Shown in pieces: positions 20,180 through 26,702 of a DNA stretch of 64,000 nt (positions are counted from its first letter, which is position 1; every line of letters starts with the position of its first letter). The stretch is taken from contig CAMBKF010000005.1 in NCBI GenBank assembly GCA_945868085.1, positions 5,507 through 69,506 on the forward strand. Reading direction: 5' to 3'. The DNA is from an uncultured Oscillibacter sp. (lineage in GTDB: Bacteria > Bacillota > Clostridia > Oscillospirales > Oscillospiraceae). Both the position numbers and the translations under genes were made by a program. The notes under the pieces are model-generated. The model was given only the letters and a program-made list of their open reading frames with translations, was not told where the DNA came from and did not search any database.

Positions 20180-20461
20180 TTACTCGGCGGGGTAGACAGA
20201 GACCTGCTTGCGGTCCTTGCCCAGACGCTCGAAACGGACAACACCGTCAGCCTTGGCAAAGAGGGTATCGTCGGTGCCGATGCCCACGTTCTTGCCGGGG
20301 TGAATGTGCGTGCCGCGCTGACGCACCAGGATGTTGCCGGCCAGAACAAACTGACCGTCAGCACGCTTGGGGCCCAGGCGCTTGGACTCGGAATCACGGC
20401 CGTTCTTGGTGGAGCCCATACCTTTTTTATGGGCGAAGAATTGCAGACCGATATACAGCAT
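20180..20461 (-). CDS. rpmA: 50S ribosomal protein L27 with Prp-cleaved N-terminal extension
   Basis: [25 protein letters not shown]. Confidence 0.98.
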   Translation of the reverse strand: MLYIGLQFFAHKKGMGSTKNGRDSESKRLGPKRADGQFVLAGNILVRQRGTHIHPGKNVGIGTDDTLFAKADGVVRFERLGKDRKQVSVYPAE

Positions 20462-20509
20462 AATTCAGTACCATCCTTTCTGATAAGATGATTGCGGGGG
20501 AACAGGAGG

Positions 20510-20839
20510 TCACTCCTCCATTACTTCGATGTTTTCGGGGTATTCGTCATGGAGCTGGGTGAGGTAGACCATAAGCCCCGTCAGCAGATTCTGACAAGTG
20601 CTCTCCGCCGGGGCGGACAGGCCGCCGGGCAGGCGGAAGGAGATCTTCGCGTCCTTCTCCCGGACCTTTACCGAGGCGCACAGGCCCATCACGTCATTGA
20701 CGGTGCTCTCCACCAGACGGATGGCACTGGTGACGGCGGCGCAGACGATGTCTTCGCCCTCCTCGCCCCAGCCGCTGTGGCCCTGGACATCAAAGCCCAC
20801 GATGCGGGCTTGCTCCACTAGGAATGAAACGGTGGTCAT
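20510..20839 (-). CDS. prp: Ribosomal-processing cysteine protease Prp
   Basis: GHS..G.DIVCAAV motif; lies between rplU and rpmA. Confidence 0.93.
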   Translation of the reverse strand: MTTVSFLVEQARIVGFDVQGHSGWGEEGEDIVCAAVTSAIRLVESTVNDVMGLCASVKVREKDAKISFRLPGGLSAPAESTCQNLLTGLMVYLTQLHDEYPENIEVMEE

Positions 20840-20845
20840 ACGCTC

Positions 20846-21157
20846 TTAGAAAGTGATCTTGCCGATCTCAACCTTGGTGTAAGGCTGACGATGACCCTGG
20901 CGTTTGCGATAACCCTTTTTGGGGGTGTACTTGAAGATACGGATCTTCTTGCCCTTGCCGTTCTTGACGACGGTGGCGTCCACCTTGGCGCCCTCCACCA
21001 CGGGAGTGCCGAACTTGGTGTTCTCCCCATCCACGATGGCCAGAACCTGATCGAAGACCACGCTGTCGCCGGCGTTGACATCCAGCTTCTCAATGAACAG
21101 AGTGTCACCCTCAGAAACATTGTACTGCTTGCCACCGGTCACGATGATTGCCTGCAT
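20846..21157 (-). CDS. rplU: 50S ribosomal protein L21
   Basis: [18 protein letters not shown]. Confidence 0.98.
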   Translation of the reverse strand: MQAIIVTGGKQYNVSEGDTLFIEKLDVNAGDSVVFDQVLAIVDGENTKFGTPVVEGAKVDATVVKNGKGKKIRIFKYTPKKGYRKRQGHRQPYTKVEIGKITF

Positions 21158-21179
21158 ACTTGTTGCACCTACCTTTCCT

Positions 21180-21248
21180 TTATTACGGACTCGCTGTCGG
21201 GGGCGGCCTGCCAGGGGGCAGACGCTTGTGACCCATTCAAAGCGGCTT
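21180..21248 (-). promoter_or_regulatory. Probable L21 leader (structured 5' UTR)
   Basis: GC-rich structured leader ending GCGAGTC between the promoter and rplU. Confidence 0.45.
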
Positions 21249-21252
21249 ATAT

Positions 21253-21281
21253 AGTTTAACAGACTTTAGGAAGCCTGTCAA
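21253..21281 (-). promoter_or_regulatory. Sigma-A promoter of rplU-prp-rpmA
   Basis: TTGACA-N17-TAAACT on the minus strand. Confidence 0.75.
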
Positions 21282-21291
21282 CTGATTTGGG

Positions 21292-21306
21292 GAAGTTTTT
21301 CGGCTT
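21292..21306 (+). repeat. Left target-site duplication (15 bp)
   Basis: GAAGTTTTTCGGCTT, identical to 25421-25435. Confidence 0.92.
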
Positions 21307-21372
21307 TGTTGATTTACACTCTTATTGCAAAGTTCTTTCGAACTAAAAATTAACGAAAAGAGGTATTTCAAC

Positions 21373-21612
21373 ATGAAAATCAAAGTCTGTGGTAAGGCGC
21401 ACCTGGAGGGTGTAGCGAAGAAAACCGGTCGGCCCTACAACTTCAATCAGATTCACTACCTCGGCAAGGCCCGTGGTGTCATCGGCGAAGCGGCCCTGAC
21501 CATCGCCCTGGATCCCGACATCTATCCTATCGAAATGATCGAAGTCGGCAAGGAGTACAACGTTGACTTCGACAATCGTGGCTACGTCTTCGACTTCTCC
21601 CCGGCGAAGTGA
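21373..21612 (+). CDS. Putative ssDNA-binding protein (filamentous phage pV-like), 79 aa
   Basis: GVAKKTGRPYNFNQ resembles the pV DNA-binding wing (M13 GVSRQGKPYSLNEQ); RBS GAGGT; adjacent to origin and rep. Confidence 0.65.
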   Translation: MKIKVCGKAHLEGVAKKTGRPYNFNQIHYLGKARGVIGEAALTIALDPDIYPIEMIEVGKEYNVDFDNRGYVFDFSPAK

Positions 21613-21659
21613 TGGACAAGCCAACTTTCCCATTCCCATTTCCGCGTGTCCCTCCATAG

Positions 21660-21713
21660 CCATAGGGCGGCGCAGCCGCCCTATGGGGCAGGGGGTCAGT
21701 ATTACCCCCCTGC
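21660..21713 (+). other. Rolling-circle double-strand origin: two hairpins, the second with CAGTATTAC in its loop
   Basis: CCATAGGGCGGC-GCA-GCCGCCCTATGG then GCAGGGGG-TCAGTATTAC-CCCCCTGC; nonamer at 21697-21705. Confidence 0.8.
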
Positions 21714-21770
21714 AACTTCTGTGAATCTGTGATTCTTTGACAATGATTTGTCAATCTTTGGAGGTATTTT

Positions 21771-22175
21771 ATGCCACGCTCCCGGAAATGGCTTATCACC
21801 ATCAATAACCCCATTGAGCATGATTTTGACCATGCCCGTATTAAGGCCGCTGTACTTGACTTCCCATCCCTCGTCTACTGGTGTATGTGCGATGAACAGG
21901 GCGATGAATGCGAAACGCTTCATACCCATGTGTATGTTGTTACTCGTGAGGCTACAAGCCACACGCAAATTGACGCTCGTTTCCCCTCGTTCCACCGCGA
22001 CATTGCCCGTGGCAAGTCCTCGGAAAACCGTGCCTACGTCCTCAAGGACGGCGAGAAGTTCAACAAGCAGTCGGACGGCTCCTACTCCTACAAGGACACC
22101 GGCGGCCACCTCCATGAAGGTATCAACTTTTCTTGCCAAAAAGGACATGAAAAAAGGTCGCAAGGTTTGGTCTAA
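21771..22175 (+). pseudogene. rep: CRESS-type HUH rolling-circle Rep, endonuclease domain only (truncated near 22130)
   Basis: Motif I WLITINNP, motif II LHTHVYV, motif III ENRAYVLK; RBS GGAGGT; no helicase domain follows. Confidence 0.82.
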
Positions 22176-22629
22176 CTTCGGCATTACCGGTGCTTATAAA
22201 TGTGAAAAATCCGACTTCGGCAAATACATGATGTCCGATGGCCGTCTTATCATAGATGAAGCTGGCTTGGAATACGATAATCGTAAAATGGCTATGACCA
22301 ACGATGAAATTTATTTCTTCAAATATCATCGTCATTACCAACTGGACGTCGATTTCTTTTCCCAGGGTTTGGACGTTGATATAAAAATTCGTAAGCTTGC
22401 CCGTCATATCTATCTGATTAAGCCCTCTTTGCTCCCGTTCTTTATCAAGAGAAAAGAAATTGGACGTAGAGTAGGTATCAATGATATGACTAAAGAAATA
22501 TGTGATGAATATTTCTTTGTCCCGTTTCTTACTGGTGGTACTAAATTAATATTCTGCCCTCCCCTCTGGAAACTCTTTAATACCCTGGCCCGGAAACCTC
22601 TTCCGGAAAAACACTGGGAAACATGGTGA
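22114..22629 (+). pseudogene. Zot/pI-like morphogenesis ATPase, N-terminally truncated
   Basis: STFLA (Walker A tail), VWSNF, LIIDEAG (Walker B), HRHYQLDVDFFSQ..DIKIRKL; GxxGxGK and TM segment missing. Confidence 0.75.
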
Positions 22630-22702
22630 AGCCCCCGCCGCCTGGCTGGGGCTTTTCCTCTGCCCATAAAAAGCGGAGGATATATGAATATACCCCCCGC
22701 TC
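22629..22702. terminator. Paired terminators between convergent element modules
   Basis: AAGCCCC..GGGGCTTTT and AGCGGAGGATATA..TATACCCCCCGCT hairpins. Confidence 0.55.
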
Positions 22703-22734
22703 TAATTTGCGCTGTTTTTACCCCCGGTAAAAAG

Positions 22735-22935
22735 TTATCCTACGATTTCGTACCCATTGCGTACAAGCCATGCCCGCGCCTGGTGTTCCTGGGCAAAAGT
22801 CCGGCTCTTGCGCTTTTGCCTGTCCCGCCCGGTGATGGCCTGGCCGCTGGCCGCCTGTATCTGATACCGGACTTTATCGTGCTTGATAACGCAGTTATAA
22901 TAGACTGCCTGGCCCTGGCCGTTGATTGCTTTCAT
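22735..22935 (-). CDS. Hypothetical protein (66 aa), element cargo
   Basis: RBS GAGGTG before ATG; co-oriented with the SprT gene. Confidence 0.65.
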   Translation of the reverse strand: MKAINGQGQAVYYNCVIKHDKVRYQIQAASGQAITGRDRQKRKSRTFAQEHQARAWLVRNGYEIVG

Positions 22936-22981
22936 TCGCCCACCTCTTTCGTTCTTTCTCCCCGTCCAGCCGATAGGGCAG

Positions 22982-23002
22982 CTTTTGAATCTACACTTTC
23001 AA
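22982..23002 (+). repeat. 21-bp internal direct repeat, copy 1
   Basis: CTTTTGAATCTACACTTTCAA, identical to 24318-24338. Confidence 0.85.
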
Positions 23003-23181
23003 TTTGTCTCTTTGCACCGTACACGCACGGTGATACTCTCCACATTGGGGTGTGTGAATTGATACGCCTCTATCCATTTTGCAATGTCCTTGAGCGGCAT
23101 TGCCTGGTAGTGCTGAGTTTTGTTGTCTATGCCCGGAAAATAGCACCGGATGCTCATTTGGTATTCTTTCGCCTGTTTCAT
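22999..23181 (-). CDS. Hypothetical protein (60 aa), element cargo
   Basis: ATGA overlap with the SprT stop, RBS GGAGGT; MKQAKEYQMSIRCYFPG.. Confidence 0.65.
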   Translation of the reverse strand: MKQAKEYQMSIRCYFPGIDNKTQHYQAMPLKDIAKWIEAYQFTHPNVESITVRVRCKETN

Positions 23182-23837
23182 TCGGCCACCTCCATTTTCT
23201 CCATGCAGTCCCCACAAATGAGGTTGACCGCCTTGGTGGCCCGGACACTGTTCTTGCAGCACGGACAGATATATTTCCGTGTGCTGCTGCGCTTCGGCGG
23301 CTGTACGCTCCCGCCTGGCTGTGTGCCGCTGTTCCCGGCCTTGCCGCCGCTGCTCGGTGGTGGTGTCCATCCGCCGCCCCGGTTCATTTGGATTTCCGTC
23401 CAGCCCTGCGCAATGATGTAGTCTATAAGTGCTTCGCTCGGTTCCGTCAGCGTCCATCCGTATGTTGGATGATGGGAAATCACCAGGCCCCGCCGCTCTG
23501 CTTCCTCTTTGAATTTCTTGTTGTGGTAGCTGCCGCCCCGGCTGCAATCCTGCACCCCGTGAGCGAGATTGTAGAGGTGTACGGCCTCATGCGTGATGGT
23601 GGCCACCACTTCCTCTATTGGCCTTTGCAGCGTCTCCGCTCCTATGTTCAGTTCATGCCGCTGCTCCCCCTTGCGCTTCCATATCTTGGCCACTGTAACG
23701 TGTCCATAGGCCCGTGGGGTGCTCTGTATGGTGATAATTGGTTCTTCCAGCTCCCCGCCAAACCAATCCGCATTGATTGCCCGGAAAATCTTCTCCAGGT
23801 AGCCCGCTGTCCTGCTGGTCTTGATAGTCTCTTTCAT
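23178..23837 (-). CDS. SprT-like zinc metalloprotease with C-terminal zinc ribbon
   Basis: IN..WFGGEL, HEAVH, YHNKKFK..A, YICPCC..LICGDC; RBS AAGGAG. Confidence 0.82.
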   Translation of the reverse strand: MKETIKTSRTAGYLEKIFRAINADWFGGELEEPIITIQSTPRAYGHVTVAKIWKRKGEQRHELNIGAETLQRPIEEVVATITHEAVHLYNLAHGVQDCSRGGSYHNKKFKEEAERRGLVISHHPTYGWTLTEPSEALIDYIIAQGWTEIQMNRGGGWTPPPSSGGKAGNSGTQPGGSVQPPKRSSTRKYICPCCKNSVRATKAVNLICGDCMEKMEVAE

Positions 23838-23899
23838 GTTCTGTTCTCCTTTACCCCGCTAAAGCGGATTTTGTCTTTAGATTTGAACCCTGAGCCCCT

Positions 23900-24056
23900 A
23901 TGTCGGATTTGACTTTTTACCTCCTTTGCTATAATTTTTAGGGTGATGGGCGTAAACCGAAGGGAAAATCTTCCCCCGCGATTTTGCCTTTGAGTTTTCG
24001 CCCGTCGCCCATTAAGAAAATTTTTGCAAAGGAGGTAAAAAGTCATATTCCGACAT
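23900..24056. other. Long imperfect hairpin (about 70-bp arms) in the element's non-coding region
   Basis: ATGTCGGA..TGACTTTTTACCTCCTTTGC.. pairs with ..GCAAAGGAGGTAAAAAGTCA..TCCGACAT. Confidence 0.8.
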
Positions 24057-24317
24057 TGGTCGTTAGACCAATACCTCGGGTGGAACCGTATATTAAGTTT
24101 TTGCCGTCCCCCGCAAGGCAAAAAGTTAATATGCGAAAGTCCACCCATCCCAGCGCAGCAGCGCTGTGCCTGTTCCCGTCCCGCCGCAGCGATAACCCTC
24201 GTCCCTCGTCTCCGCAGCAGCGGACAACAGGCACTTGCGCTATGCGGAAAAGTATGGTATCATGGCAAAAACAAACGCCAAGGCAGAAATGCCCCGGCGT
24301 TTGCTGCATTTTATGGC

Positions 24318-24338
24318 CTTTTGAATCTACACTTTCAA
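24318..24338 (+). repeat. 21-bp internal direct repeat, copy 2, abutting the transposase RBS
   Basis: CTTTTGAATCTACACTTTCAA followed by AGGAAAACAGCC-ATG. Confidence 0.85.
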
Positions 24339-24350
24339 AGGAAAACAGCC

Positions 24351-25379
24351 ATGAAGAAATACCGCCGTATAGACTGGAATGACCGCTTGCTCATTGAAAA
24401 GCTCTATAATCACGGTCAAAACTGCTCCAGCATAGCGCATGTTCTCGGTTTCTCTCCCTCCTCCATCTACCGTGAAATAAAGCATGGCCTGTACCCGCAC
24501 CTGGGCGCAGAAACCACCCGGCGACCATTTCATTACTCTGCGCAAATCGCCCAGGACCACGCCGATTACCACGCCACCTCAAAAGGCACACAAATAAAGC
24601 TGGGCAACAACTACGGCTTCGCCGCAGATGTTGCCCAGCAAGTCAAGCATGGCATCTCTATTGATGTAATTGTAAACCAAAAGAAGCAGGCCAAACAGTG
24701 GACAGTCAGCACTACCACTCTATATCGCTACATAGATCGCGGCTATATCCCCGGCGTTACCAATAAGCACCTCCCGGAAAAGCCCCGCCGCAAGCATCGC
24801 AAGCCCGGCATGGTAAAGGCCACTCGGGCACCGAAAGGGCTCCCCATAGACCGCCGCCCGGCCCACATAAACCGCCGCTTGTCCTTTGGCCATTGGGAAA
24901 TGGACAGTGTCATAGGCACCGCAGAAGGCAAGCGGCAATCCCTCCTTGTCCTCACCGAACGCCTTACCCGTTTTGAAATCATCTTCAGAGCCAGCAGCAA
25001 GACCGCAGCAGCCACCACTAAGGCCCTAGATAGAATCATTCCTCAATTCCCGCAATGTACATTCCAAACGATAACCGTGGACAATGGCAGCGAATTCCAG
25101 GACTGTCATGGTATGGAGCATGATAAGCAAGGCAACCAGCGTCTGACCGTCTATTACTGCCATCCTTATTCCTCCTGTGAGCGTGGCAGCAATGAGCGCA
25201 ATAACCGAATCATTCGCCGTTACTTCCCCAAAGGCAGGAGCATGGCGAAAGTCACACAAAAGGACTGCGACAAAGCCGCAGCCCTCATAAACGCCATGCC
25301 CCGAAAAATCCTCAATTACCAATCCGCTGCTGACCTATTTAATCGAGAAATCGAAAACTTGCTCAAAAATCAAAAGTGA
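24351..25379 (+). CDS. IS30-family DDE transposase
   Basis: N-terminal HTH (IA..LG..PSSIYREIK), TTLYRYI, I..RP, GHWEMDSVIG, TITVDNGSEF, YYCHPYSSCERGSNE..N..IRR..PKG. Confidence 0.95.
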   Translation: MKKYRRIDWNDRLLIEKLYNHGQNCSSIAHVLGFSPSSIYREIKHGLYPHLGAETTRRPFHYSAQIAQDHADYHATSKGTQIKLGNNYGFAADVAQQVKHGISIDVIVNQKKQAKQWTVSTTTLYRYIDRGYIPGVTNKHLPEKPRRKHRKPGMVKATRAPKGLPIDRRPAHINRRLSFGHWEMDSVIGTAEGKRQSLLVLTERLTRFEIIFRASSKTAAATTKALDRIIPQFPQCTFQTITVDNGSEFQDCHGMEHDKQGNQRLTVYYCHPYSSCERGSNERNNRIIRRYFPKGRSMAKVTQKDCDKAAALINAMPRKILNYQSAADLFNREIENLLKNQK

Positions 25380-25420
25380 TATTCTTACGAAACTTTTTGC
25401 AATGGACTTGACAATCTACA

Positions 25421-25435
25421 GAAGTTTTTCGGCTT
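25421..25435 (+). repeat. Right target-site duplication (15 bp)
   Basis: GAAGTTTTTCGGCTT; overlaps the luxS stop codon. Confidence 0.92.
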
Positions 25436-25901
25436 ATTTTGTGGGATATCTGAGCTTTTCCTCCGTCCAGGAGGCGATGAGGTCGCGATACCAGGCGCAG
25501 CAGGCCCGGCCCTCCTCCACACTGAGGTTTTTATAGTTGCCGCACTCGGCGGCGGAGCAGCCGGGCATGGGGCCGCTATACTCGGCGGCCCGGGCGAAAA
25601 CCGACTGCAGGAGGGCGATGGACTGGGAAAGAGTCAGCTTGTCCCCGTCAAAGAGGAAGTAAAAGCCCGTCTGACAGCCCATGGGGCCGAAGTAGATCAC
25701 CGCGTCCCGGCTCTCGGAATTGCGCAGGAAGGTGGCGATGAGATGCTCCACGGAGTGCATCTGACTGTTGGACAGCAGGTCTCCGGTGTTGGGCTTTTTG
25801 AACCGCAGGTCAAGGGTCACCACGTTCCCGTCCCGACGGGAGAGGTACAGGCCGGGCACCAGCACATTGTGGTCCACGGTAAAGCTGGCGATACGTTCCA
25901 T
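25434..25901 (-). CDS. luxS: S-ribosylhomocysteine lyase
   Basis: IASFTVDH, DLRF..PN, HSVEH, GPMGCQTGFY, CGNY. Confidence 0.96.
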   Translation of the reverse strand: MERIASFTVDHNVLVPGLYLSRRDGNVVTLDLRFKKPNTGDLLSNSQMHSVEHLIATFLRNSESRDAVIYFGPMGCQTGFYFLFDGDKLTLSQSIALLQSVFARAAEYSGPMPGCSAAECGNYKNLSVEEGRACCAWYRDLIASWTEEKLRYPTK

Positions 25902-26575
25902 TATTCCGCCTCCAGATTGTCGATAAATTTCATGGCCACGCCGTTTAGTTCCCGGATGGCCTCGGGGAAGTTAAAGAAGAAGTCGTGGTGCTCCAGCACA
26001 CAGTCGCTGACGGACTTCAGGGACAGGAACGGCACGTCATTCCGGTAGCACACCTGAGCCACGGCGCCGCCCTCCATCTCGCACAGCAGAGGGTGGAAGG
26101 TGTCATAGATCCAGTGGCTGCGGGGGGTATCGGTGGCGAACCAGTCGCCGGTGGCCACCAGGCCCGTGCGGTAGGACAGGCCGGTCTTATCCATGGCGGC
26201 CCGGGCCTTTTCCGGCCAGGCGGTGGGAAACTCCACTTTATTCACCGTGGATACCAGGCCCACGGGGTCCCCCAGGGCGGAGGTGTCGGAATCGTGCTGC
26301 ACAAAGCCCGTGGCCAGCACCAGGGTGCCGATGGGGACATTTTCAAAGCAGCCCGCCACGCCTACATTCAGCACCACATCCGGGGCATAGCGGCTGATGA
26401 GCAGCTGGGCGGACATGGCGGCATTCACCTTGCCCACGCCGCCGGCGCAGGCCACCACATCCTCCCGGACCTGGTAGAAGGACGCGCCGGACACCTTCTC
26501 GATCAGGTGGGCGTTTTCATTTTTCAGCAGGCTCTCGATTTCGCCGTCCATGGCGTACATCATGCCGATCTTCAT
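25901..26575 (-). CDS. mtnN: 5'-methylthioadenosine/S-adenosylhomocysteine nucleosidase
   Basis: GVGKVNAA, NVGVAG, TGD.F, EMEGGAVAQVC, SVSD; coupled to luxS. Confidence 0.9.
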   Translation of the reverse strand: MKIGMMYAMDGEIESLLKNENAHLIEKVSGASFYQVREDVVACAGGVGKVNAAMSAQLLISRYAPDVVLNVGVAGCFENVPIGTLVLATGFVQHDSDTSALGDPVGLVSTVNKVEFPTAWPEKARAAMDKTGLSYRTGLVATGDWFATDTPRSHWIYDTFHPLLCEMEGGAVAQVCYRNDVPFLSLKSVSDCVLEHHDFFFNFPEAIRELNGVAMKFIDNLEAE

Positions 26576-26702
26576 GGAGAGATCTCCTTTCGGGTTCATT
26601 TAAATTCCTGCTTATTGTACCTTTTTTGGGCTCAAATTGCAACAGGTCGTTGCCGGAAGCGGGAAAATAGGGTAAAATAGGGGCGAGAACGGAGGTGAGG
26701 CC

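Larger units (their letters stand above)
21307..25420. mobile_element. IS30-transposase-integrated inovirus-like (filamentous phage) element, internally deleted
   Basis: 15-bp TSD; imperfect terminal IRs TGTTGATTTACACTCTTATTGCAAA / TGTAGATTGTCAAGTCCATTGCAAA (17 of 25 identical); SSB-like gene, HUH Rep, nick-site hairpin, Zot-like fragment, IS30 transposase; visibly AT-richer than flanks. Confidence 0.85.

Noticed and set aside
22110-22175. Programmed frameshift fusing Rep to the ATPase
   Set aside because: It would need a +1 shift with no clear signal, and the ATPase would still lack Walker A; deletion is more parsimonious.
21748-22629. 293-aa ORF as a single gene
   Set aside because: Its first 120 or so codons are an off-frame shadow of rep; only the part from about 22114 has protein-like motifs.
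24318-25420. A simple stand-alone IS30 copy
   Set aside because: No correctly oriented left IR or target duplication next to the transposase; the matching IR and the 15-bp duplication are at 21292-21331.
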